This document shows positions 37,755-47,000 of a stretch of 56,846 bases of DNA, in pieces. Origin of the DNA: a virus (taxonomy: Duplodnaviria > Caudoviricetes). The number at the start of each line of letters is the position of its first letter. Within the stretch, counting starts at the first letter, position 1. Both the position numbers and the translations under genes were made by a program. Where the stretch lies: positions 1-56,846 of the IMG/VR virus record IMGVR_UViG_3300010397_000012. One strand, 5' to 3'. The notes under the pieces were generated by a model. It saw only the letters and a list, made by a program, of their open reading frames with translations. It was not told the origin of the DNA and made no database searches.

Positions 37755-38410
37755 CGACAGTGGCCTGCGTGTGGGTCAAGGGGAACGTGCCCTATACCGC
37801 GGAGTATGTCGCCAACCTCTCAGCCATGGTGCGGCGGCACATCGACCGTCCGTATCGGATGGTCTGCCTGACGGATCGGCCTGACGAGGTGCCGCATGGC
37901 ATCGACCCGATCGCCGTGCCGAATCTGAGCCCGCTGCCAGGGTGGTGGTCGAAGCTCGAACTGTTCAAACCAGCCCATCGCCTGACGGGGCGAGTCTTGT
38001 ACCTCGATCTGGACACCTTGATCGTGGGCGACCTCGCGCCGGTCCTGGACTGGCCGGCGCCGTTCGCCATCGTGCCGGATGACACCTCGTCCTTCCAGCC
38101 GCGGCCACCGTATCGCGTCGTGAAGCGGTTCAACTCGTCGGTCATGGTGTTTGACGGCGGGATCTACCCGGACCTGTTCGAAGGGTGGCGCGGAGCCGTC
38201 AAGGCCGGACTGTGGGGGGACCAAGACCTCATCGGAGAACGGTATCCCTCGATCGACACGATGCCGGCAGCGTGGTTCCCTCGATTGTCGACGTTCAGCC
38301 AGGCCGGCACGATTCCCACCGGCGCGAGGGTGGTGCTGTCGAAGAAGCCGAAGAACCACGTCGCCGCGGCGCAGTGGCCCTGGTTTGACGCGATCTGGAG
38401 GGCCGCCTGA
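37751..38410 (+). CDS. GT-A glycosyltransferase (GT8-like), paralog of 35675-36394
   Basis: VCLTD, GWWSKLELF, YLDLDTLIVGDL, FNSSVM and GDQD motifs. Confidence 0.8.
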   Translation: MTTVACVWVKGNVPYTAEYVANLSAMVRRHIDRPYRMVCLTDRPDEVPHGIDPIAVPNLSPLPGWWSKLELFKPAHRLTGRVLYLDLDTLIVGDLAPVLDWPAPFAIVPDDTSSFQPRPPYRVVKRFNSSVMVFDGGIYPDLFEGWRGAVKAGLWGDQDLIGERYPSIDTMPAAWFPRLSTFSQAGTIPTGARVVLSKKPKNHVAAAQWPWFDAIWRAA

Positions 38411-39150
38411 TGGCCCTCTGGTGCCGTGATCTCAAGACTGTGTCGGTCCCAATCGGCGACACGCCGAAGGCCGTCACGCTCGTGTTGCCGTACTACGAGA
38501 ACCCGCAGTTCTTCCAGCGGCAGATCGCCGAGTGGCGGAACTATGCGGCCGACGTGGCGCCGTTCGTCTCGGTGATCGTCGTGGACGACGGCTCGCCCAC
38601 GCCGGCGGTCTTGCCAGAAGCGCCACCGGTGTCGATGCGGCTCTTTCGGATCGGCGTGGACGTCCGGTGGAACTGGCTGGCCGCCCGTAACATCGGCGCG
38701 CACCATGCCGCGCCAGGCTGGCTGCTCATGACTGACATGGATCATGTGGTGCCCAACGACACCATGCGCGCATGTGTCTACGGGTCGCACGATCCAGCGG
38801 TGGCCTACGGGTTCGGTCGGGTGGAGCATACGGGCGCGGCGATCCACCCACACTCGGCGTCGTTCTTCCTGACGCGCGACACCTTCTGGCGCACCGGCGG
38901 GTACGACGAGACGCTGTCCGGCCACTACGGCACCGACGGCGACTTCCGTCGGCGTCTGGCGCCTGTGGCCCGGATGCAGATTCAGGACCGGCCGCTCGTG
39001 CGCCATGAGTACCAGGGCGACTCCTCAACCGTGCGGTACCTGCGTAAACAGCCCGAAGACGCGGCAGTGAAGCGTCTCGTGGCGCAACGCGGTCGGGCTT
39101 GGGCGCCGCGCGTGCTGTCGTTCCCCTATCAGGAGGTGGCGGCGTCATGA
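38410..39150 (+). CDS. GT2-like glycosyltransferase
   Basis: VVDDGS, ARNIG, TDMDH and GGYDE..SG.YG.D motifs. Confidence 0.85.
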   Translation: MALWCRDLKTVSVPIGDTPKAVTLVLPYYENPQFFQRQIAEWRNYAADVAPFVSVIVVDDGSPTPAVLPEAPPVSMRLFRIGVDVRWNWLAARNIGAHHAAPGWLLMTDMDHVVPNDTMRACVYGSHDPAVAYGFGRVEHTGAAIHPHSASFFLTRDTFWRTGGYDETLSGHYGTDGDFRRRLAPVARMQIQDRPLVRHEYQGDSSTVRYLRKQPEDAAVKRLVAQRGRAWAPRVLSFPYQEVAAS

Positions 39151-39776
39151 CGCGCGCCGCGGTCACCCTGTGGGATGACGGCGTGCTGTGGAGCACGCGC
39201 CGGACCGTCGCGCCCACGCAACTCCCGATGAGGACGGAGTACGTCTACGACCAGGTGCTCAGAGGCGCCTGCGAGGACGCGGACGAGGAGTTCGTGACCA
39301 ACGCCATTCGCGCGTTCGCGGACGACGCCGAGCATGAGACGCAGCGGGCCCTGATGCCGCAGACCTGGGAGATGGTCCTCGATGGCTTCCCAGCCAGCGG
39401 ACAGATCGTGCTCCAGCGCCCGCCGCTCATCGCGGTGACGTCGCTGCAGTACTACGACGCCGATAACGAACTCCAGGATTTGGCCGTCTCTCCTGCGGAG
39501 TTCGCCGTGGTGCCGTCGGGCCGATACACGAAGGCGATCGTGCGGCCGATTGACGGCGAGAGCTTCCCGAGCACCTACGGCCGTCCTGATGCCGTGACGG
39601 TGACCTACGAGGCTGGCTACGAGGACGTGAACGATCCCGAGCTCGCCAAGATCAACATCGGGATCGCCCTGGCTGTGGGCGAGTTCTACAAGCTGCGGTC
39701 GCTGTCGGTGCAGGGGCTGAACTACACGCCGGCCGTGCTGCAGACGAGCCGGTTTTGGACGAAGGTGCGCGGATGA
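39147..39776 (+). CDS. Head-tail connector (gp6-like)
   Basis: AE.ETQRALMPQTW...LDGFP, RPP...VTSLQYYD and AV.VTYEAGY motifs. Confidence 0.8.
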   Translation: MTRAAVTLWDDGVLWSTRRTVAPTQLPMRTEYVYDQVLRGACEDADEEFVTNAIRAFADDAEHETQRALMPQTWEMVLDGFPASGQIVLQRPPLIAVTSLQYYDADNELQDLAVSPAEFAVVPSGRYTKAIVRPIDGESFPSTYGRPDAVTVTYEAGYEDVNDPELAKINIGIALAVGEFYKLRSLSVQGLNYTPAVLQTSRFWTKVRG

Positions 39777-40141
39777 ACCACCTTCTCGAGCCTGGCGATC
39801 GGGACAAGCGCGTGGTGATCCAATACCGCCGCGACGGGACATCGACGACGGAGTTCCCGGTCGACGACTGGGCGCGCACGCGCCGGCTGACCGTGTGGAT
39901 GGCCAAGGAGGATCTCCGTGGCGCCGAACGGCTGCAGGCGATGCAGGTCCAGTCGGCCTACGACGGCCGCTGGGTGATGGGCTATCGCACGGACATGGAT
40001 CCGGATCTGCTCGATGTGACGAAGGACCGCCGGCTGGTCTACCAGGGCCGCGTGCTCAACATCGTGGCTGGCCGGACGCTCGGACGGAAGGACGGGATCG
40101 AACTCACGACGATCGCCAACCCGTCAGGAGAGACGGCGTGA
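39773..40141 (+). CDS. Head closure protein
   Basis: G.RDKRVVIQ, TVW, RYR-like and R.VY.GR..NI motifs; synteny. Confidence 0.75.
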   Translation: MNHLLEPGDRDKRVVIQYRRDGTSTTEFPVDDWARTRRLTVWMAKEDLRGAERLQAMQVQSAYDGRWVMGYRTDMDPDLLDVTKDRRLVYQGRVLNIVAGRTLGRKDGIELTTIANPSGETA

Positions 40142-40563
40142 TCACGATGAAGATCGAAGGCGGCGCCGAGTTGGCGTCCATGCTCAATAGCCTGCCGCGC
40201 GCTGTGCGGTTGCAGATCACTAAGGCCGTCCTCATCGAAGCGGCCGAGCCGATGGTCGCAGTGGCGCGGAAGATGGCTCCTCGCCGGCCTGGCTTGCCGG
40301 ATCTCGCCGACAACATCGAGATCGGGAATCCTCGCGCCGGTGGTATGGACAAGTTCGGAGACGAGAAAGCGGCGACAGTCGTCTGGGGCCCAACGAAGAA
40401 CTTCTTCTACGGCTACTACCAGGAGTGGGGCACCGTCCACCACGGCGCGCACCCGTTCATGCGGCCGGCGTTTGACGGCCAAGCCGAACGGTCGCTCGGG
40501 ATTATCCGCACGCGGACGTGGGAGCACATCCAGTCCTACGTCCAGTCGAGGGATGAGTCGTGA
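40138..40563 (+). CDS. HK97 gp10-family tail component
   Basis: FYGYYQEWGT....AHPFMRPAFD motif. Confidence 0.85.
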   Translation: MITMKIEGGAELASMLNSLPRAVRLQITKAVLIEAAEPMVAVARKMAPRRPGLPDLADNIEIGNPRAGGMDKFGDEKAATVVWGPTKNFFYGYYQEWGTVHHGAHPFMRPAFDGQAERSLGIIRTRTWEHIQSYVQSRDES

Positions 40564-40988
40564 CGGTCGAGACGGCGATCGCGCTGCGCATCTTGTCGCT
40601 GACCGGGATCTCGGCGCTCGTGTCCGACCGCGTGCGCGTGCTGAAACTGCGCCAAGGCGAGCGGTCAGGCGTACGGGTGCAGCAGGTGAGCGAGAACGAG
40701 CCGTTCCACCACCGAGGCACGGTGGGCGTCCTGGCCTGCCGCGTCCAGGTGGACTCGGTGGCGCCGGAGAACAGCGGCGTCGATCCGTACGCGGTCGCGA
40801 ACCAGATCGACGCCCTCATCAAAGGCGACGGCGCTGGCAGCGGCCTCGCCGGATTCTCGGGCGCGATCGGCTCACCAGCATTTGAGGTGTTGTCGATCCT
40901 GCCCGTGGACGTGAAGCGGGAGTACGACGCGGACGCGGTGGGGATTGTGAAGGTGATGCGCGACTACAGGGTCACGCATCGCGGCTGA
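40560..40988 (+). CDS. Tail terminator (DUF3168-like)
   Basis: ALVSDRV, QQVS and RVQVD motifs; synteny. Confidence 0.7.
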   Translation: MTVETAIALRILSLTGISALVSDRVRVLKLRQGERSGVRVQQVSENEPFHHRGTVGVLACRVQVDSVAPENSGVDPYAVANQIDALIKGDGAGSGLAGFSGAIGSPAFEVLSILPVDVKREYDADAVGIVKVMRDYRVTHRG

Positions 40989-41014
40989 TCGAACGACTTT
41001 CAAGGAGCATAGCT

Positions 41015-41515
41015 ATGGACCGGACAGATACGTTTTACGCACTCGACGAGGCGATCCACGGGTATGGCGCCCAGATCATGGTGGGCGACGGCGCCAGCCC
41101 GGAGAACTTCCAGGCGATCGCCGCGGTGAACAGCATCGAGCCGGGGGACATGAACACGGCCGACATCAAGCGGACACACCTCCGCAGCCCGGACGCGCAC
41201 CACGAGCACATGCCTGGCATGCGCGACTCTGGGCCGTTCACACTCACCGGCACCTGGCTGCCTGGCGATGAGAGCCAGTCCAACGCGGGCGGCGGTTCCG
41301 GCCCATTCCAGACGGGCGGCCTGATCGCCATCTGGCGCGCACGCACGACCCACAACTTCAAGATCGTGCTGAACGACGGATCGCCGGTGACCGAGTGGCC
41401 GTTCCGGGGCTACGTCGCGGGCTTCAAGCCCGGCGGCATCAGCGTCGACGACAAGGTGATCGACTTCACCTCGACGATTCAGCCGACCGAATCGTACGAC
41501 GCCGACCTCCCATAG
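41015..41515 (+). CDS. Major tail (tube) protein
   Basis: THL.SP...E.MPG.RDSG and W.F.GYV motifs; AAGGAG SD; synteny. Confidence 0.85.
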   Translation: MDRTDTFYALDEAIHGYGAQIMVGDGASPENFQAIAAVNSIEPGDMNTADIKRTHLRSPDAHHEHMPGMRDSGPFTLTGTWLPGDESQSNAGGGSGPFQTGGLIAIWRARTTHNFKIVLNDGSPVTEWPFRGYVAGFKPGGISVDDKVIDFTSTIQPTESYDADLP

Positions 41516-41622
41516 TCGGGCGTCGGTTCGCCGTTGCTCTGATCTCCCGGCGGGGTTCACCCGGGGCCGGCAGGTTCCGCGGGGTCAGGGCAGCAACACA
41601 CAACTGAATACGCGATGCAGGA

Positions 41623-42006
41623 ATGAGTGAAGGCTTGGTGGCGAATCCAGAACGCGGCGAGACGGCGGTGAAGTTGGGCGACAAGACGTTCACGATGGTC
41701 ATGGACCAGAACGCCATTCGGTCGCTCGAAGCGGAACTCAGCACGAATAAGCGAGACGCGGTGTATCACGAGATTTTGGCCGCCGCGAATCGCGGTCAGT
41801 ATCGCGCGATCTCAGGGCTGCTCTGGGCGTCACTCCAGCGGCATCACCCAGAGATGACGATGGACCGCGTGGATGACCTCATCACGAAAGTCGGAGGGAT
41901 GTCCAAACTCAATACCGCGCTGAAGTCCAGCCTGAAAGCATCTGCGCCCACAGAGGAAGACGTGACCGCCGTTGAGGGAGACAAGAAGCGCCCTCGGAAG
42001 GCTTAG
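41623..42006 (+). CDS. Tail assembly chaperone (G)
   Basis: ANPERGE N-terminus; lies between the tail tube and TMP genes. Confidence 0.75.
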   Translation: MSEGLVANPERGETAVKLGDKTFTMVMDQNAIRSLEAELSTNKRDAVYHEILAAANRGQYRAISGLLWASLQRHHPEMTMDRVDDLITKVGGMSKLNTALKSSLKASAPTEEDVTAVEGDKKRPRKA

Positions 42007-42347
42007 CCAGGCGCGGCAACGTCTGGAGGCACAACTTGATCCAGGCGATTCGCATCGGGCTAAGCCAAGACGCCTTCTGGCGGATGACGCCGAGGGAGTT
42101 GTACCGGGAACTGGCCGCCGCGAAGGAGCGGCACTCAGACGAGGTCGAGTTGCTGACCTTGGCGGGTTATCAGGCGGTGCGGATCTGGGTCATGACCCAG
42201 AACAAGAAAAAGATGCCGGAGTTTGCCTCGTTGCTCCCGAAGAAGCCGGCTGATCGGAAGCAGACGAAAGAGAAACTCAAGTCGGTGCTCCACATGTTAG
42301 CCGCGCAGTATGGCGGCCGTGTGCGCACCAGGAAATCGACGCGGTAG
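41976..42347 (+). CDS. Tail assembly chaperone T segment (-1 frame, probably a G-T frameshift fusion)
   Basis: GLSQDAFWRMTPRE motif; frame open from 41976, overlapping G in the -1 frame. Confidence 0.65.
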   Translation, partial: GRQEAPSEGLARRGNVWRHNLIQAIRIGLSQDAFWRMTPRELYRELAAAKERHSDEVELLTLAGYQAVRIWVMTQNKKKMPEFASLLPKKPADRKQTKEKLKSVLHMLAAQYGGRVRTRKSTR

Positions 42348-42354
42348 GGGGTTC

Positions 42355-45300
42355 ATGGCAGGGTCTGCGGTCATCGGCACGCTGAGGACGATTCTTACCC
42401 TCGACACGGCAGAGTTTGAGACGAACTCGGCCAAGGTGTCGCAGGCGGCGAAGGCGTGGACGAAAGACCTGAAGTCGATCGGCCAACAGGCGACGCAGCT
42501 TGGATCCGCCCTCACTAAGAGCCTGACGCTGCCGCTTGTGGGTATCGGCGCGGGCGCAGCAAAACTGGCGATGGACTTCGAAGACTCCTTCGCTGGCATC
42601 GGCAAGACGGTCGACGGCGTCACCGACAATGGCGGACGGCTCACTGAGTTCGGTAAGCAACTCGCGCAGAGTTTCCGCGACATGGCCAAGGAACTCCCGG
42701 TCAATGTCAACGAACTGAACAAGATCGGTGAGGCGGCCGGCTCCCTCGGCATCAAAAAAGAAGACATCCTCAAGTTCACCAAGGTCATGGCCGAGCTCGG
42801 CGTGACCACGAACCTGACGGCCGATCAGGCGGCGACGTCGATCGCGCAGATTCAGAACATCTTCAACGCGGCCGGCAAGGACACGGATCGCTTCGCCTCG
42901 TCGCTCGTCGCCTTGGGCAATGACGGCGCGTCGACCGAGGCACAGATTGTCGACTTCGCGTCACGCCTCTCTGGTGCTGGCCATCAGATCGGCCTGAGTG
43001 AGCAGGCGGTGTTGGGCTTCTCCGCCGCCCTGGCCAATGTCGGCCTGAACGCAGAACTCGGCGGCACGGCGCTCTCCAAGGTAATGAGCGCGATCAGTGT
43101 GTCGGTGGACACGGGTGGGAAGAAACTCGAAGCGTTCGCCTCCACCGCCGGCATGGCGGCGGATGAGTTCGCCAAGCTCTTCAAGTCTGACGCCGAACAG
43201 GCGCTGAAACGGTACATCGAAGGACTCGGCAAAGCGGGCGACAAGGGCGAGAACCTGACGATCATCCTGCAGGAGATGGGCCTGAAGGGCGCCAACGTGC
43301 AGGACGTGATGAAGCGTCTCGCGGGCGCTGGCGACCAGGTCTCGCATGCCTTGGACGTGTCGAATCAGGCATGGCGCGACAATACGGCGCTGACCGTTGA
43401 AGCCGAGAAACGGTTCGCCACGACGTCGTCGCAGTTGAAGATCCTCTGGAACAACATCACCGACGTCGGGATCACGATTGGCAACGCATTGTTGCCGGCG
43501 ATTCAGACGCTCGTGCGGTGGTCTGGCGACCTGATCCCTATCATCGAAGGCGCGGTCAAGCTGTTCACGTCGCTGCCGGCGCCGATTCAACTCGCGGCGC
43601 TGGGGCTGACGGGCTTGGTCGCCGCCGCCGGGCCGGCGCTCTATATCTTCGGCCAACTGTCGTTGTCGGCCGCGGCGGTCACGGCGGCCTTCACGACCAA
43701 TGGGATCGCCACCGTCGGGCTGACGGCCGCGATGAACGGCCTGAAGGCGTCGTTGGCGTTCTTGGGACCGGCGATCGCCGTCGCCGGCACCGCGTTTGTG
43801 TCGTGGAAGATCGGCGCGTGGGTTGGCGATATAACCGGCGCGACGGCGGCGGTTCAGCACTTGACCGAGAAGGTCATGGGCTACCGCGATGCGTCTGAGC
43901 CCTTGGAATCACAGCAGAAGCTGATCAACCAGGCGATCAAGCTCGGGGCGGACGCCTCGATCGACTACGCAGGCGCGATGAAGTTCCTGCAGGCCAAAGC
44001 GGAAGACCTACGGGCGGCGTCCAATGACACCGCCAAAGCGGTCGAGAACCAAGGGCACAAGTCGAAGCAGGCGGCGAAGGACACGAAGGAAGAGTCGGAC
44101 GCGCACAAGGAAGCGGCCAGGGAAGCTAAGGCGCACGCCAAGGCCGTCTCTGACCTGGCCGACACCTACACCGGGAAGAAACTAGCCGACCAGGTCCAGA
44201 CGCTCAATGAAGCCGTGCGGATGGCCGAGCGTCAGGGCGGGCTGACGGCCTACCAGTATCAGGAACTCGGCAAGCAACTGATCAAGCTCCACGATCAGGG
44301 CGCGGCCTTGCCGCCGATCCTTGAGCGGATCCGACAAGCAGAAAAGAACATCGAGGACGCCGCGCACCTCGCCGCACTGGCGCACGGGCAACTGAGCGAT
44401 GCCTTTAAGGGCCTGCCGACGGTTCAGCTCGAAGCCGTCAAAACGACCCAGCAACTGACGGACGAGTTCAATAAGCACATCGTCAGCGGGAAGGGCATCG
44501 GCTCGATGCTCGATGACATCGCGCCCAAGATCGCGAAGCTGCCAGCCCCACCTCCTGACCCGTGGCGTGAGTTCAAGGACGAAGTCGGCAACACGTTCAA
44601 GACCCTCGAAGGGGCCATCTCTGGTTCCTTCGCGCAGATCATGCTCGGCGCCAAGGGCTTCCACGATGCCTTTATCGACATTTGGGAATCCATCAAGGGC
44701 GCGGCCATGCGGATCGTGGCGGACCTCATGGGGAACCTCACGAACATGTTCTTCAAGGGGCTGGCGAACATCCTGAGCGGGACGGGTTCGTTCGGGTCCG
44801 CGTTTTCAGGGATTCTCAGCAGTGTGCTCGGAGGGGCGTCGTCAGCAGCGACTGGGGGCGCTGTGGCCGCGACGGGCGGCAGCACCGCAGCCGGCACTGC
44901 GGCGGGTGCTGGTGCAGGGATTGGCACAGCCGCCGCCATCGCCGGGGCCTTCGCGCTGCCGGCGTTGCTCTACTGGCTCGACAAGGGGCCTGACCCACAG
45001 CAATCGTGGCGCGACTACGCGGCGTCACTTGAAGGCAAGGTCGGCACATTTTGGGACACACCCGAAGGCCAACAGGCGCGAGCGGAAGAACTCGCCCGCG
45101 AAGCTGCCGGCGACTTCAGCGGCGGCGGCGTCACGCCGGATCCCCTGCAAGACAACGGCGGCCCCACCAGCATTTGGGACGCCTCTGGTGCGAGCCCGAG
45201 CAGCGGCGAAGCGAAAGCCTACTACGACGATATGGGCAACTTGATCCGTGTGCCCGGCTTCAAGTGGGGCACGGACGGCTTCCGCGACTTCGGCACGGGC

Positions 45301-45477
45301 ACCTTGGCGATGCTCCACGGCAGAGAAGCGGTCATTCCAGAAGGCGCTGGGGTGTCCATCGCTGGCGGCGCGTCAGGCGGCATGGTCACGGTCATTCTCG
45401 AGCAGGACGGCAAGAAGTCCGCGCAATGGGTCGCCCCGTATCTGGTGGATGAAGTCATCCGGCTGAGGTTGGCCTGA
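42355..45477 (+). CDS. Tape measure protein (TP901-like core)
   Basis: 1040 aa, Ala/Gly-rich and helical; SLTLPLVG.G, FED.FAG..KTV and AELGGTALS motifs. Confidence 0.93.
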   Translation: MAGSAVIGTLRTILTLDTAEFETNSAKVSQAAKAWTKDLKSIGQQATQLGSALTKSLTLPLVGIGAGAAKLAMDFEDSFAGIGKTVDGVTDNGGRLTEFGKQLAQSFRDMAKELPVNVNELNKIGEAAGSLGIKKEDILKFTKVMAELGVTTNLTADQAATSIAQIQNIFNAAGKDTDRFASSLVALGNDGASTEAQIVDFASRLSGAGHQIGLSEQAVLGFSAALANVGLNAELGGTALSKVMSAISVSVDTGGKKLEAFASTAGMAADEFAKLFKSDAEQALKRYIEGLGKAGDKGENLTIILQEMGLKGANVQDVMKRLAGAGDQVSHALDVSNQAWRDNTALTVEAEKRFATTSSQLKILWNNITDVGITIGNALLPAIQTLVRWSGDLIPIIEGAVKLFTSLPAPIQLAALGLTGLVAAAGPALYIFGQLSLSAAAVTAAFTTNGIATVGLTAAMNGLKASLAFLGPAIAVAGTAFVSWKIGAWVGDITGATAAVQHLTEKVMGYRDASEPLESQQKLINQAIKLGADASIDYAGAMKFLQAKAEDLRAASNDTAKAVENQGHKSKQAAKDTKEESDAHKEAAREAKAHAKAVSDLADTYTGKKLADQVQTLNEAVRMAERQGGLTAYQYQELGKQLIKLHDQGAALPPILERIRQAEKNIEDAAHLAALAHGQLSDAFKGLPTVQLEAVKTTQQLTDEFNKHIVSGKGIGSMLDDIAPKIAKLPAPPPDPWREFKDEVGNTFKTLEGAISGSFAQIMLGAKGFHDAFIDIWESIKGAAMRIVADLMGNLTNMFFKGLANILSGTGSFGSAFSGILSSVLGGASSAATGGAVAATGGSTAAGTAAGAGAGIGTAAAIAGAFALPALLYWLDKGPDPQQSWRDYAASLEGKVGTFWDTPEGQQARAEELAREAAGDFSGGGVTPDPLQDNGGPTSIWDASGASPSSGEAKAYYDDMGNLIRVPGFKWGTDGFRDFGTGTLAMLHGREAVIPEGAGVSIAGGASGGMVTVILEQDGKKSAQWVAPYLVDEVIRLRLA

Positions 45478-47000
45478 TGCCGACCGTGTGGAGCGTGACC
45501 ATCGGCGGAGTTGAGCGAGACTGCGCGCTCGGCTCGCTGAATATCCAAGAAGTCGCCAACGGCGTCAACACGATGCGCGCGGCGTTCAAGTCCGTGGCGG
45601 GCGCGTTCCGGCCGGCGCTCGGGGCCGACATTGTGATCACGCGCGATGCCGTCCGCGTGTGGGGCGGGTTCGTCGACAAGACGGCCGAGTCTGGGGCCGA
45701 CGGTCAGCCCATCGACGACATTGAAACGCTCGTCGATAGCGTGGCCTACAACAGCATCGGGGAACGCCGGTTCGTCTACGAAACCATCGCGGCCGGTTCG
45801 ACTCTGAAGCAGGCGCTGCAGCAGCTCGAGCCCTACGTCACACCCTACGGGGTGTCGCTGTCCGGCTCACAGGTGAACGGGCCGACGCTGCCCGAGGTGG
45901 TCATCGACGGCGACCGCTTCATCGACGTCATCAACCGGCTGTCTCAACTGACGGGCTTCATCGGCGGCATCGACTACAACAAGTCGCTACGAATGGTGCA
46001 GTTCGGGGACTTGTCGGCGCCATTCAACGTCATCGACGGCGACGGGAACCACGTCGGGGATATCACGGTCGAGCGCAGCCGCGAGAAGTACTTCAACCGC
46101 GTCGTCCTGAAATACGGCAAGGCTGGGCCGCTCGTGTTGCAGACGGAGGCGCACACGGGCAACGGCGTGCTGGCGACGTTCCCGGTGGAACTACCCGTCG
46201 CTGGGCCGTTCGCGCCCGTGGCAACCGAGGACGGGGCGATTGCCTACGGCGTCGTGAACTACAACGACGGCACGACGGAATCGATCGGTGGACAGTCGGC
46301 CCCTGCCGGCTTCCTCTGGGAATACGACCCAGACGCGAACACCATCACGCGACGATCTGGAGCGGTAGGGAATACCGTCGGTTTCGTGTTCCGCTATGAC
46401 GCGCAGTTCCCTCAGACGGTCATCGTTGAGGACGCCTCCGAGATCAGCCTCAACGGGCTATATGAAACCGTCGTCGTCCGCGAAGACATCTTCGACAAGA
46501 CGGAAGCGACCGAGACGGCCGAGACGTACCTGTCGCAGTTCCTCCAGATCTTGACGACGGTCAAGTTCGACACGTACGGCGCGGGCTTGCATCCAGGGCA
46601 GACGATCACGCTGACCATCGCGGATCGGAACGTGAACGGCCAGTACCTCATCACGGAGGTGAAGCCGGTCAACCCGAACACGATGCAAGACCTCCGCTAC
46701 TCGGTCACGGCCATCGACAGCGAGACGTTCCGGGGCTCGTTCCGGCAACTGTACAAGGACTGGCTGAACACAGGATCGAAGTCGGCGAGCACTGGACCTG
46801 CGGCGGCTGGCGGTGGGGCGCCGTTCCCACCGAACCGCGCCGTCCAGTTCAACGACGGCGGGGCGTTCGGCGGTAACGTCGGCTTCCTCTTCTACAAGGA
46901 CGAGGTGAGCCTCGTCTGCGGAGACCTGTCCTCGATCGACGCCGCCAACTTCGATGGGTGTCAAGCCTTCGGCTACGACTGCCACATCGGGGACACCTAA
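45477..47000 (+). CDS. Tail tip/hub protein
   Basis: Directly after TMP (TGATG); beta-rich; LHPGQTITL C-terminal region. Confidence 0.7.
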   Translation: MPTVWSVTIGGVERDCALGSLNIQEVANGVNTMRAAFKSVAGAFRPALGADIVITRDAVRVWGGFVDKTAESGADGQPIDDIETLVDSVAYNSIGERRFVYETIAAGSTLKQALQQLEPYVTPYGVSLSGSQVNGPTLPEVVIDGDRFIDVINRLSQLTGFIGGIDYNKSLRMVQFGDLSAPFNVIDGDGNHVGDITVERSREKYFNRVVLKYGKAGPLVLQTEAHTGNGVLATFPVELPVAGPFAPVATEDGAIAYGVVNYNDGTTESIGGQSAPAGFLWEYDPDANTITRRSGAVGNTVGFVFRYDAQFPQTVIVEDASEISLNGLYETVVVREDIFDKTEATETAETYLSQFLQILTTVKFDTYGAGLHPGQTITLTIADRNVNGQYLITEVKPVNPNTMQDLRYSVTAIDSETFRGSFRQLYKDWLNTGSKSASTGPAAAGGGAPFPPNRAVQFNDGGAFGGNVGFLFYKDEVSLVCGDLSSIDAANFDGCQAFGYDCHIGDT

